Sequence record: OR805295.1
DNA length: 64,000 bases
Strand: one strand, 5' to 3'
Numbering within the stretch: the first letter of the stretch is position 1; every line of letters starts with the position of its first letter. Below the pieces are notes generated by a model, which worked only from the letters and a program-made list of their open reading frames with translations, did no database searches and was not told the origin of the DNA. Positions 27,629 through 37,704 of the stretch are shown piece after piece. The translations under genes and the position numbers were made by a program.

Positions 27629-28816
27629 ATGTTTTTGAAAGACGTTAAAATTACAGAATCAAAAAAATTTAAGAAAATAAATTCGATGTTAAAATCGAGT
27701 TACGGTGTATCGTTATCTGAGTCGGCGTCTGTCGAAGAACTAGAAAAACTCAAAGAATCTGTTGTAAAATCAATTATTAATAATAGAATCAATAATATTT
27801 CTGCATCGTCACCCGAGCATGCTAAATGCATTTTAATGAAAGAAGGCATTGACACTTTGTTAGAAATGCATAGATCGGTAGATGGCAGGGTAGATTCGGC
27901 ATCGTATAATAATGTATTATCTACTCTATTTAAAGATGCAGTAAATTTATTAAAACAAGGTGATGACATAGACGATGCTATGAGATCCACATTAAATTCG
28001 TATCGTTCTAGCTCATACAGATTTAAAGACGACGATATAGCATTAGATTTAAGAGCTAGATTGGAACATTATTTAAATTCTAACTCAGATGATACTATGT
28101 TAACTGATTCGTATGATTGGTCAACTGTATCGCAATCTCAACGAGATGCAGCAAACGAATTATTGAAACAAAAAGGAAGTAAATTGGCTGATTTAGAATT
28201 AGAGCCATACGGCGACCGAGCAGACTTTGAACGCCATGGTCGTGAAATATACAAACATCCCAGCCTAACTAAAGGTATTTCAGTGAAAGAATCTAGAAAA
28301 TTAAATGAAAACGAAGTAGAACAAGCAGAAGTAGTTATTGCTGCTAAAGGTTTCGGTCAAGAACTGCAAACTATGGTAGAAAAGTTAGGCAGACTTATGA
28401 ACGAAGACTTAGGTGCAGTATCTGATCAAATGCGTCAAACTTACGGCGCCGCTACAGCAAATAGATTCCAGTCAGAATTACTTGCTGATTTCAATAGTAT
28501 AGTAGACACCTTACGCAGTACAAAAGACCGCATCGATAATGCAGTAGATATGCTTTCTACTGGAAGTACATATACCGATATGGATGGAATAGAAACTGCT
28601 GGCACCGATGTCGATATGGATGATCAACTAGAAATAGGCGACGATTTAGGACTGGGAATAGAGGATAATTTCGGTGCAGCCGACACTGAAGAACCGTTAG
28701 GGCGTTCCATGAAAGAATCTAACTCAACAAGAAGTAATAAACTAAAAAAATTATCTGAAAGTTTAGTTTCATTACAGGCATCTATAGATAAATTGAAATC
28801 TTCTAGGAAACAATAA
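27629..28816 (+). CDS. Probable prohead core/scaffold-type protein
   Basis: GATAAATA at 27594; acidic coiled-coil; many I/L/V/M-x-E(S) sites (ITES, LSES, VKES, LNENE, MKES). Function is inferred. Confidence 0.45.
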   Translation: MFLKDVKITESKKFKKINSMLKSSYGVSLSESASVEELEKLKESVVKSIINNRINNISASSPEHAKCILMKEGIDTLLEMHRSVDGRVDSASYNNVLSTLFKDAVNLLKQGDDIDDAMRSTLNSYRSSSYRFKDDDIALDLRARLEHYLNSNSDDTMLTDSYDWSTVSQSQRDAANELLKQKGSKLADLELEPYGDRADFERHGREIYKHPSLTKGISVKESRKLNENEVEQAEVVIAAKGFGQELQTMVEKLGRLMNEDLGAVSDQMRQTYGAATANRFQSELLADFNSIVDTLRSTKDRIDNAVDMLSTGSTYTDMDGIETAGTDVDMDDQLEIGDDLGLGIEDNFGAADTEEPLGRSMKESNSTRSNKLKKLSESLVSLQASIDKLKSSRKQ

Positions 28817-29131
28817 GTGAAGATTAAAGATATATTAGTCGAATCAGACGAATATGTAGATAGACTAGAAAGTTCTTTGTTTGATATTATAACGGCAGCA
28901 AAAGCTGCCGGTTTGTCCACTATTAGTACAAAAAGGGTAACAGACAAATTAATTTCTATGGGTTATTCTGTTACACCTGATCAAGTTGTTTCTCAATTAG
29001 AAAATGTACCCGGCATTACTAGTGTAAATGGGCAAGTCATAACAATAGGTAACACAACAGATATTACTGACAAAGAAGATGATAAGTTTTCTAAAGAAGT
29101 ATCTAAATTAGCTATGCAGGATCTAAAATAA
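28817..29131 (+). CDS. Conserved hypothetical protein
   Basis: GTG start; MKIKDILVES. Confidence 0.65.
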   Translation: MKIKDILVESDEYVDRLESSLFDIITAAKAAGLSTISTKRVTDKLISMGYSVTPDQVVSQLENVPGITSVNGQVITIGNTTDITDKEDDKFSKEVSKLAMQDLK

Positions 29132-29466
29132 TGAGTTGTGGATCTGGATTTATACGTGCTGAAGATGCAAGGATAATGAGTAGAGATAATAAAACTATCT
29201 TTACAGAAATATGCGGAATTCAGCAAGCAATACTAACAGCAATAGACATGAAGCAACTAAGCGTCTATGTTAAATCGGGTACACCTATAACTAATGACAC
29301 ACTCGATGAAGATTACTATAAAGTATTTATGAAACAAAAAACAGATAGGGCCATCACCGATCAGTTCGAATTCATAACACAATACTTTACTGATTTGGGA
29401 TATGTAATCAAACTTCAGTTAAATCCTAACACTCAATCTAGCCTTCAGTGGTATATTACTTGGTAA
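29131..29466 (+). CDS. Hypothetical protein
   Basis: 111-aa ORF coupled to the previous gene. Confidence 0.6.
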   Translation: MSCGSGFIRAEDARIMSRDNKTIFTEICGIQQAILTAIDMKQLSVYVKSGTPITNDTLDEDYYKVFMKQKTDRAITDQFEFITQYFTDLGYVIKLQLNPNTQSSLQWYITW

Positions 29467-29493
29467 TATACCACTAATTTTCATTGTCTGTTC

Positions 29494-29522
29494 TTGACAT
29501 ATTTATAGCCTTATATTATAAT
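29494..29522 (+). promoter_or_regulatory. Consensus sigma70 promoter
   Basis: TTGACA, 17 bp, TATAAT; ATG 7 nt downstream. Confidence 0.9.
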
Positions 29523-29529
29523 ACAGGCT

Positions 29530-30195
29530 ATGTTAATACAAAAATTCAATTATACTTTTTGCGATCGTGTAGATTCTCCGGCAGGTAGAAAATACAAAAC
29601 ACCAGACGGAAAATTATTGCCTTCTGTTACTACTATATTAGATTTTGTTACCGATAAGTCATTTCTAACTGATTGGCGTGAAAGGGAAGGTGAAGAAAAC
29701 GCAGCTAAAATAACAGAGTCGTCTTCATACACAGGAACGCATTTGCACCAAAACTTAGAAAATTTTCTTAACGGTAGTTCCGAAATTAACGGAAATCCTA
29801 TGGCTAAAATGATGTTTGGTTTAATTAAACAGAACGGACTGAAACATCTATCAGAAGCATGGGGTACTGAAGTCCCATTATATTATCCTGAATTATATGC
29901 AGGTACTACAGACTTGGTCGGTGTATATAAGGATAAAGAATCAATAATAGATTTTAAAAATGCAAGAAATGTTAGGAAAAAAGAATGGATTGAAAATTAT
30001 TTTAAGCAATTAGTTGCATATGCAGAAGCTCACAACATCATGTATGGAACTAATATAACTACTGGTGTTATACTTATGGCAACACAAACAGGAATGTTTC
30101 AGGAATTTATCATAGAAGCAGATGAATATTCTGAATATAAGAATATGTGGTTTGATGATGTTATGAGATATTATACTGAAGTAGTATTGGCATAA
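29530..30195 (+). CDS. PD-(D/E)xK exonuclease (RecB/Cas4-like phage family)
   Basis: LPSVTTIL, GTHLH, YAGTTDL...IIDFK, QLVAYA. Confidence 0.85.
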   Translation: MLIQKFNYTFCDRVDSPAGRKYKTPDGKLLPSVTTILDFVTDKSFLTDWREREGEENAAKITESSSYTGTHLHQNLENFLNGSSEINGNPMAKMMFGLIKQNGLKHLSEAWGTEVPLYYPELYAGTTDLVGVYKDKESIIDFKNARNVRKKEWIENYFKQLVAYAEAHNIMYGTNITTGVILMATQTGMFQEFIIEADEYSEYKNMWFDDVMRYYTEVVLA

Positions 30196-30226
30196 ATATA
30201 ATACAAAATAAAATGGAATTTTTAGC

Positions 30227-31426
30227 ATGGCCGATCCGTATTTAACACAAGATATAATAGTAGCACGAATAGAAAACAGAAGAGGTCGTCGTGTTAACTT
30301 GCCGCAACCACTAAGACCGGGAGAACTCGGTTGGTGTATGGATACTAAGCAATTATTTATTGGCGTGTCTGACGAAGATGCAGTAGCAGCCGTTGAATTG
30401 TTTAGGGGAGAACCTCTTGGATCCCAAGATTTAGTTAACCAAACGTTATTACACAATATTTTTACTTTTGTATCGGAGCCAACTACATTAACTGATGCTG
30501 AAAAGCAAAATCTAGCAGAATTGGCTAAATTCCCGCAGCTATACTATGTTTCTGATACTAACAGAGAAAGCATTAATGAATACGAACGAAATATAGAGAT
30601 TATTCGTAGTGTTAAGACGTCTGTACTTCAGTCAACAGGTAGCGCCTCAGATATTAGATATACATTAATGTATTCGTGGACTATTGATTCCTCTGATCAG
30701 TATACGTTTAAATTTTTTGCAGGATGCCAACCGCCTGATTCGTTTAATCTGACAACTATAGCTAACAATTCGTATATTATAGATAATACTGTAAACTCTG
30801 CATACAATAACGGTATAGTAATGGACGCAGGGATATTATTTACTGATACTGTATACGAATCTGCTAGTTTAAGTGTATTAATAAATGAATATATTACTAC
30901 AGACAGTGACAAAGCATATGTAACTACAAAACAAAACGTAGAAATACTAACAGAATACTTTAAAACTACTAGTAGTACAGATGTAATAGTAAATAGTCCT
31001 ATAACATACGAATTAGAGCCTTCTAATTCGTTTACTTTAGTAAAAACTATAGATATAATAAACGGCGGTAACTACGAAACTAGTCCAATGACGTTTGATG
31101 GTTCGGTATCTGATACATTTAATATAGATTATTCTATAAGTTTTGATGACATGCAAGGTCCAGTTATGGGCAACGATGGCAGGTTTGTTCAAACCGGAAC
31201 ATTAAATATTATTTTATCTAAAGGATCAGAAACTGTAGTTGTTTCAGATACATCTGTTGAGCACAGATCTTCAGTGGGATACGACGCTGATGTAGATTTT
31301 AGTGGAGAATATGTAGCACCTAACACAGTAAATATAACATACAGGCATAATTTTCCGTCGAGGGTACTTCTTAAATTAACTACAAAGCGTTGGATTTCGT
31401 GGGATAACGAATCAGTTCAGAATTAA
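30227..31426 (+). CDS. Virion structural protein (tail/baseplate-associated)
   Basis: N-terminal LRPGELGWCMDTKQLFIG motif typical of tail-fibre/tropism-determinant-like N-termini; CATAAATA at 30191. Confidence 0.6.
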   Translation: MADPYLTQDIIVARIENRRGRRVNLPQPLRPGELGWCMDTKQLFIGVSDEDAVAAVELFRGEPLGSQDLVNQTLLHNIFTFVSEPTTLTDAEKQNLAELAKFPQLYYVSDTNRESINEYERNIEIIRSVKTSVLQSTGSASDIRYTLMYSWTIDSSDQYTFKFFAGCQPPDSFNLTTIANNSYIIDNTVNSAYNNGIVMDAGILFTDTVYESASLSVLINEYITTDSDKAYVTTKQNVEILTEYFKTTSSTDVIVNSPITYELEPSNSFTLVKTIDIINGGNYETSPMTFDGSVSDTFNIDYSISFDDMQGPVMGNDGRFVQTGTLNIILSKGSETVVVSDTSVEHRSSVGYDADVDFSGEYVAPNTVNITYRHNFPSRVLLKLTTKRWISWDNESVQN

Positions 31427-31442
31427 CAAATAGAAATAATAA

Positions 31443-31877
31443 ATGACAGATTGGAATAATCTCCGGGCAGATAAACGGATTGCTGCCTGGAGACAGCATA
31501 GACTCTCCTTAAAAACTCTACCCATTAATCAAGCATTACTAGAAATTGCAAACTTTTTTGCAGATATGCCATTAGGCCCTAGAACTATTGATTTTTATAA
31601 TCCTAATACTTGGCCAGACCCGTGGGACATTCTTGCTGATATTAAATTTTGTGAAAATTCTATATCATTAATGATGTACTACACTGTTATTTCTGTATTC
31701 CCTGATACAAATATTAAAATGTATGTCATAGATGATACAGAACAAAGATTTATGGTACCTGTTGTGGATGGTATGGTATTAAATTATTATCCAAGAGATG
31801 TAATAGAATTAAATAATCTAACAAATATAACTGTAATAGATATTTACAGTAAAGAACACATAAGAGAACTAAACTAA
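31443..31877 (+). CDS. Conserved hypothetical protein
   Basis: 144 aa; WPDPWDIL...FCENSISLMMYYT. Confidence 0.65.
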   Translation: MTDWNNLRADKRIAAWRQHRLSLKTLPINQALLEIANFFADMPLGPRTIDFYNPNTWPDPWDILADIKFCENSISLMMYYTVISVFPDTNIKMYVIDDTEQRFMVPVVDGMVLNYYPRDVIELNNLTNITVIDIYSKEHIRELN

Positions 31878-31885
31878 GGAAATAT

Positions 31886-34171
31886 ATGAAAGGGATTTTT
31901 GTTATTAAACGTGACGGTACCAAAGAAGAATTTGATCCAGAAAAAATTCATAAAATTTTATATTGGGCAACTGAGGGTCTAACAGGTGTATCTGTGTCTC
32001 ATTTAGAAATGAAGGCACAACTGCAATTATACCCCGGCATCACAACTGATACTATTCATGAAATTTTAATTGCTGCTGCACATGAATTAATTTCTGAAGA
32101 AAGTCCTAATTACCAATGGGTTGCAGCAAGGCTTCGACTGTTTCAAATTAGAAAAGAAGCATTAGGTCAGTATGATACAATTCCTGTTTATGATTTAGTA
32201 CAAAGAAATATAAAGCTAGGATATTATACAAAAGAGCTGTTAGATTGGTATACAAAGGAAGAATGGGATCATTTCGATAATGTAATAGATCATTCGAGGG
32301 ATTTTAACCATGCTTATGCAGGTATGGAACAATTTCGTGGAAAATATTTAGTTCAAGATAGAGTTACTAAGAAAGTATTTGAAACCCCTCAATACCTAAA
32401 TCTTTTAGTTGCAGCAACTATGTTCCATAAATATACAGGAAAAGAACGAGTTGCTATAGTAAAAGAATGTTATGATTTATTAAGTACTGGTGTAATTTCC
32501 TTGCCAACACCCATTATGGCAGGTCTTAGAACCTCTGTAAAACAATTTAGTTCATGTGTATTAATCGAAACTGATGATAGCTTAGATTCCATAAATGCTA
32601 CAACTAGTTCTATTGTTAAATATATTAGTCAAAAGGCAGGGATAGGCATACACGGCGGTCATATACGTGCATTAGGGGCAAAGATAAGAAATGGTGATAC
32701 AAAACATACTGGCGTAACTCCGTTTTATAGAATGTTCCAGGCTGCTGTTAAATCTTGTTCTCAAGGCGGCGTCCGCGGCGGCGCTGCTACACTTTCTGCT
32801 CCCTATTGGCATCTAGAAATTGAAACAATTCTTAATCTTAAAAATAATAAAGGAACTGAAGAGAATTCAGTCAGACACATGGATTATTGCATACTGTTTA
32901 ACAGATTTGCATATTCTAGATTGTTAGAAAATGGTAATATAACATTATTCAGTCCGAACGAAGTGCCTGATTTACAAAAAGCGTTTTATGATGATCAAAA
33001 AGAATTTGAACGTCTTTATGTAAAATACGAAAATACTAAGGGAATTATTAAGCATACTATTAGTGCCGAAGAACTGTTTGATAAGTTTATAACAGAACGA
33101 AAAGAAACTGGCCGTATATATTTAATGAATATTGATCATGCAAATGATCATGGTGCATTTATTCCCGAATTTGCACCGATTAAAATGACAAATTTGTGTA
33201 CCGAAATTACACTTGCAACTAAACCTCTTAAACATGTATATGATGAAGAAGGTGAAATAGCGTTATGTACACTTGCAGCAATTAATTTAGGTTTAGTTAA
33301 GAAAAAAGAAGATTTGCAACGACCTGCCGAAATATTAGTGAGAGGTTTAAACGAGTTACTAGATTATCAAAATTATCCGATTCCTGCCGCAAAAAATTCT
33401 ACACTTAAATATCGTCCGTTGGGAATAGGAGTTATTAATCTTGCATATTGGTTAGCTAAAAATAATTTCAAATATACTGATAACAGCGGATTAGAAGCAT
33501 GGGATGAGTTAATGGAAGCATTCCAGTATTATTTAATTAAAGCTAGTTCGGATATAGCAAAAGAAAAAAATGCTACAATACCGGGATGGGATAATATAAA
33601 ATATAGCAGGAATATTTTCCCTATAGATACTTATAAAACAAGTGTAGACCAATTAGTTAAAAATGTACAAAGAATGCCATGGGATGAACTGAGAGAACAA
33701 GTAGCACAATATGGCATGTATAATAGTAATCTATCTAGTTTTATGCCATCAGAGACATCTGCGCAAATAAGTAATGCAACTAATGGCATAGAACCGCCTA
33801 GAGCATTCATTAGTGTAAAAGGATCGGGCGAAGGTAGACTTAAACAAGTGGTACCTGGATTCCCTAAACTAAAGAATAGATACGAACTGTTATGGGATAT
33901 GAAGAGTTGTACTGGTTATTTAAATCTAGTAGCAGTTGCACAGAAATATCTAGATCAGGCAATTTCTACAAATACATTTTATAATCCAGAACACTACGAG
34001 AATGATGAAATTCCGAAATCAGTAATGATCAAAGATCTGCTATATGCATATAAAATGGGTTTAAAAACACTTTATTACCATAATACATACGATGGTCAAA
34101 CAGACGACGTAGAGGCTGATATTTCATCTGCTATTACTGACGAAGAAGATTGCGATTCTTGCAAAATATAA
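31886..34171 (+). CDS. nrdA: Ribonucleotide reductase class Ia, alpha subunit, with ATP cone
   Basis: VIKRDG ATP cone, FSSCVL, TNLCTEI, PSETSAQI, C-terminal CDSCKI; no intein. Confidence 0.97.
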   Translation: MKGIFVIKRDGTKEEFDPEKIHKILYWATEGLTGVSVSHLEMKAQLQLYPGITTDTIHEILIAAAHELISEESPNYQWVAARLRLFQIRKEALGQYDTIPVYDLVQRNIKLGYYTKELLDWYTKEEWDHFDNVIDHSRDFNHAYAGMEQFRGKYLVQDRVTKKVFETPQYLNLLVAATMFHKYTGKERVAIVKECYDLLSTGVISLPTPIMAGLRTSVKQFSSCVLIETDDSLDSINATTSSIVKYISQKAGIGIHGGHIRALGAKIRNGDTKHTGVTPFYRMFQAAVKSCSQGGVRGGAATLSAPYWHLEIETILNLKNNKGTEENSVRHMDYCILFNRFAYSRLLENGNITLFSPNEVPDLQKAFYDDQKEFERLYVKYENTKGIIKHTISAEELFDKFITERKETGRIYLMNIDHANDHGAFIPEFAPIKMTNLCTEITLATKPLKHVYDEEGEIALCTLAAINLGLVKKKEDLQRPAEILVRGLNELLDYQNYPIPAAKNSTLKYRPLGIGVINLAYWLAKNNFKYTDNSGLEAWDELMEAFQYYLIKASSDIAKEKNATIPGWDNIKYSRNIFPIDTYKTSVDQLVKNVQRMPWDELREQVAQYGMYNSNLSSFMPSETSAQISNATNGIEPPRAFISVKGSGEGRLKQVVPGFPKLKNRYELLWDMKSCTGYLNLVAVAQKYLDQAISTNTFYNPEHYENDEIPKSVMIKDLLYAYKMGLKTLYYHNTYDGQTDDVEADISSAITDEEDCDSCKI

Positions 34172-34224
34172 TATAAAAAGGGAACATTGTTCCCTTTATT
34201 ACACACAATATAAGGATAACATAC

Positions 34225-35364
34225 ATGAAATTTAAAACATTTGAACCAGAACAGTTTGATGCTACTAAAGAAGCTATGTTCTTCGGTCGGCCAATAAACG
34301 TATCTAGGTTTGATAGACAAAAATATTCATTTTTCGAAAAGCAAACTAGAAAACAGATAGGTTTCTTCTGGGTACCAGAAGAAATAGCAATGGATCAAGA
34401 TAAAGATGATTTTCATCGCAAATTAGACGCAGCCGGCAAACATATTTTTACATCAAATCTCAGTTATCAGATTTTGCTAGATTCTGTTCAGGGTAGAGCA
34501 CCTAATATTGCACTTACTCCGTTTGTGTCTATTCCGGAATTAGAAGGATTTATTCTTGCATGGACTTTTATGGAAAGTATACATTCGAGAAGTTATTCTC
34601 ACTTAATTAGGAATGTGTATCATGATCCAAAAGATGTGTTAGATAATGTAGTAAAAATAGAACCTATCATCGAACGTGCCAGCGCAGTTACAAAATACTA
34701 TGACGAGTTCATAGAATATGGTAATTGGTACAATATGCTAGGATATGGTAATCATATTGTAAACGGTAAAGAAATAGATATAAATCCGAAAAAATTGATG
34801 ACATTATTCTATAAAATGATGGTAGCCATAAACATACTAGAAGGTGTCAGATTTTATGTTTCGTTTGCATGTACATGGGCATATAGTGAATCGTTAAAAT
34901 TAATGAATAAATCTGCAAAAATAATTAAAATGATTTGCAGAGACGAAAACGTACACTTGGCAGTTACTACTACTATTCTTAAAAAGTTTGCAGATGGCTC
35001 AGAAGGCGAAGCATGGAAACAAATTGCAGAAAATTGCAAAGATGAAGTTTATGCTATGTATGAAGAAGCTGTTCAACAAGAACGCGAATGGGCAGATTAT
35101 TTGTTTAAAGATGGTTCTATTGTAGGTTTATCGTCTGCCATACTAAAACAGTATGTTGAGTTTATTGCAGATAGACGTTTGCATGCATTAGGTATGCAAA
35201 AAATATACAAACATGCTAGTAATCCACTTCCGTGGACAGAGCATTGGATTGGTTCTAAAACAACCCAAGTAGCGCCGCAAGAAGAGGAAATTACTTCGTA
35301 TACTCAGGGCGGAGTAAAAAATGATATTTCTGAAATTTATAATACAGGATTTAGTTTAGACTAA
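34225..35364 (+). CDS. nrdB: Ribonucleotide reductase class Ia, beta subunit
   Basis: FFWVPEE, DSVQGR, ESIHSRSY, LEGVRFY, RDENVH. Confidence 0.96.
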   Translation: MKFKTFEPEQFDATKEAMFFGRPINVSRFDRQKYSFFEKQTRKQIGFFWVPEEIAMDQDKDDFHRKLDAAGKHIFTSNLSYQILLDSVQGRAPNIALTPFVSIPELEGFILAWTFMESIHSRSYSHLIRNVYHDPKDVLDNVVKIEPIIERASAVTKYYDEFIEYGNWYNMLGYGNHIVNGKEIDINPKKLMTLFYKMMVAINILEGVRFYVSFACTWAYSESLKLMNKSAKIIKMICRDENVHLAVTTTILKKFADGSEGEAWKQIAENCKDEVYAMYEEAVQQEREWADYLFKDGSIVGLSSAILKQYVEFIADRRLHALGMQKIYKHASNPLPWTEHWIGSKTTQVAPQEEEITSYTQGGVKNDISEIYNTGFSLD

Positions 35365-35388
35365 ATAAATTAAAATACAGGAGTTCAT

Positions 35389-36411
35389 ATGCCAGAAGCA
35401 GTAAGATTAGGGGATATATGTAGCGGTCATCAAATTGGATATCCACCGCGCCCGAATGTTCAGGGTAGTCCTAACGTATTCGTGAATAATTTGCCAGAAC
35501 ACAGAGTAACAGATAAGTGGGATGTGCATTGCAGTCCCGCTGGGTCCTGTCACAATAGTACGATGGCAGTAGGATCCCCTAACGTCTGGGTAAATAATCT
35601 TCCTGCTGCTAGGCTAGGCGATTTAGTCGGTTGTACTTCGTTGGCAGCTCAGGGTAGTCCCAACGTTTTTATTAATAACGGCAACACTGATCCTATAATA
35701 GTAGATGATGTAATATTACCTAAAGACCAGAATGAATATATCAACGCAGTAGGAATTCTTCCTTGCGGTCCTTTAGATTATCAGGAAGGCGATCCTATTG
35801 CAGACGAATATGAAACAAATTCGGGGGGAGGACATTATCCTCCCCTACCCCAAACAACACCACCGCCGCCCATATCTAAACCTCCTGTAGATGAAAATAA
35901 TAATATTCCCCCGGCGCGTCCGCCGATACCCACAGAATGTCCGGTCATAACAGGTAGCATAGATTATTCTATTAGATTAAGTCCTAATTTTACAATAGGG
36001 GATTTATCTATAAAAGCCACATTTCCTCATGCTATAAAAGCACAACGTGGTCTAACTGTAAATGAAATAGTATGTAATCTTAAAAGTTTGGCAGAGCATT
36101 GCTTAGAACCTATTATAGCACAATATCCGGGAGCTAGAATAAATTCCGGTTTCAGGAATGTACAAAACGGCAAGTCTGATCACGAAAAGGGTTTTGCTGC
36201 CGATTTACAATGGCCAGGAAAGTCGTATGATCAATTATGGCAAATGGTTTTGTGGGTAAAAGATAATGTCCCGTACAAACAACTTATATGGGAGCATGGC
36301 AACATGCCTTGGATACACATTGCATACGCAAGGACCGGCGAAACGTCTGCTACTAGGGTAATGACTATGTATCAGAATCAATATAGTCCCGGATTAAAGA
36401 AAATGCGTTAA
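35389..36411 (+). CDS. PAAR domain (gp5.4-like) fused via a Pro-rich linker to a peptidase M15 (Zn D,D-/L,D-peptidase fold)
   Basis: Residues 1-97: AVRLGD...H...GSPNVFVN...AARLGD...C...GSPNVFIN. C-terminus: LSPNF, SGFR, SDH, AAD, WIH. Confidence 0.88.
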   Translation: MPEAVRLGDICSGHQIGYPPRPNVQGSPNVFVNNLPEHRVTDKWDVHCSPAGSCHNSTMAVGSPNVWVNNLPAARLGDLVGCTSLAAQGSPNVFINNGNTDPIIVDDVILPKDQNEYINAVGILPCGPLDYQEGDPIADEYETNSGGGHYPPLPQTTPPPPISKPPVDENNNIPPARPPIPTECPVITGSIDYSIRLSPNFTIGDLSIKATFPHAIKAQRGLTVNEIVCNLKSLAEHCLEPIIAQYPGARINSGFRNVQNGKSDHEKGFAADLQWPGKSYDQLWQMVLWVKDNVPYKQLIWEHGNMPWIHIAYARTGETSATRVMTMYQNQYSPGLKKMR

Positions 36412-36452
36412 CTAAATACATTAACTAGACACAAACACACAAGGAGAAAAAA

Positions 36453-36677
36453 ATGTCTGCTAGTAAAACACCGTACGAAATTAGACTTAATATTTTAGAA
36501 CTTGCTTATAAAATCGTAAGAGATAAAAAACAAGCAGATTATATAAGTAAAAGCATACATTCGTCTGGAAGTGTTGTCATAACAGAATGTATAGACATTT
36601 CGGCAGATGAAGTAATAGAAGTAGCAAAAAAGCTTAATTCGTTTATTTCTACGTCTGAAAAGAGACTAAATGGTTAA
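36453..36677 (+). CDS. Hypothetical protein
   Basis: AAGGAG SD; ACTAAATA at 36411. Confidence 0.65.
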   Translation: MSASKTPYEIRLNILELAYKIVRDKKQADYISKSIHSSGSVVITECIDISADEVIEVAKKLNSFISTSEKRLNG

Positions 36678-36885
36678 AATCCAAATACCTATACTAGATG
36701 AAAATAAACGCGACATGATGTTGTGGTGTTCTGAGAACGTTAGTCCTGCAGATTATTATATCATGTCGTCGTATGATAGTGAAAATTACAGAATATGTAT
36801 TACTTTTGCGTTCTTTGAAGAAAGTGATGCACTTATGTTTATGTTATACTTTTCTATCCCTGACAGTAATATTTATAGACATTGA
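36670..36885 (+). CDS. Small protein of the WCxEN...FxFxxxxxAxxFxL paralog family
   Basis: LWCSEN...FAFFEESDALMFML. Confidence 0.6.
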   Translation: MVKIQIPILDENKRDMMLWCSENVSPADYYIMSSYDSENYRICITFAFFEESDALMFMLYFSIPDSNIYRH

Positions 36886-36910
36886 CTTGCTACTACAACA
36901 GTTGTATAAT
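36882..36910 (+). promoter_or_regulatory. sigma70 promoter
   Basis: TTGACT, 17 bp, TATAAT, with extended -10 TG. Confidence 0.85.
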
Positions 36911-36942
36911 GTAACTATATTAGTACAACTGGATGAATAAAC

Positions 36943-37704
36943 ATGAACTTAGCACACTGTACTTCAGGCTATTCGAAAATGCTAGTTATTAGTGATATTC
37001 ATTCGGCAGCTGACAAACTAAAACAAGCGTTAGACTATGCAACTAAACATGACATGTTTGTTGTATTTCTCGGCGATTTAGTCGACGGTGTAGTTAATGC
37101 AAAACCTATGGAAACTCTATTAATGGTAAAATCAGTAATAGAGAGTAACTGCGGTGCATTAATTATAGGAAATCATGATGACAAATTCTATCGCTGGGCG
37201 CAAGGCAACGAAGTTGTGTTGGGTAACCAACAGCAATCTACATTAGAAAGCATAGGCGATTATTTAATTTCTGAATTTTCCGATTGCATAACAGACATTA
37301 TAACCAATTGCAATGCATACTACTATGCATATTTAAACAATTGGTTATTTGCTCACGGTGCAGTAGCAGAATCAATGTGGGATTATCCTGTAGCAGTATC
37401 GAAGTACGAGAGGTATATGTTACTGTACGGTCAAACCAATGGTCAACGTGATAATACAGGCTTTCCCGTTAGACTTTATAGTTGGACGGATTATGTCCCT
37501 TCGGGTAAATGGTGTATAGTAGGACACGATAGAGCACCTTTTCACGGAAAGAAAATAACACACCCCGTAATACATGTAAACAATAATAAAGGTAGGACTA
37601 TCTTTATGGACACGTCGTGCGGGAAAATACCGGAAGGTAAGCTTAGTTGTGCAATATTGGATATACAATCTGTTATTAGATTAGAGAAATTTATAGCAAT
37701 ATGA
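36943..37704 (+). CDS. Calcineurin-like metallophosphoesterase (Pnkp phosphatase-domain-like)
   Basis: SDIH, GDLVDG, GNHD, AHG, LYGQT...G.PVR..W, GHD, DTSCG. Confidence 0.82.
   Translation: MNLAHCTSGYSKMLVISDIHSAADKLKQALDYATKHDMFVVFLGDLVDGVVNAKPMETLLMVKSVIESNCGALIIGNHDDKFYRWAQGNEVVLGNQQQSTLESIGDYLISEFSDCITDIITNCNAYYYAYLNNWLFAHGAVAESMWDYPVAVSKYERYMLLYGQTNGQRDNTGFPVRLYSWTDYVPSGKWCIVGHDRAPFHGKKITHPVIHVNNNKGRTIFMDTSCGKIPEGKLSCAILDIQSVIRLEKFIAI

Noticed and set aside
29530-30195. Cas4/CRISPR association of the PD-(D/E)xK nuclease
   Set aside because: No Fe-S cysteine cluster, no other cas genes and no repeat-spacer array in the window.
28-34171. Further inteins in terminase, helicase or NrdA (common insertion sites)
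   Set aside because: Protein lengths and motif spacing are normal, with no C...HN-(S/T/C) blocks.
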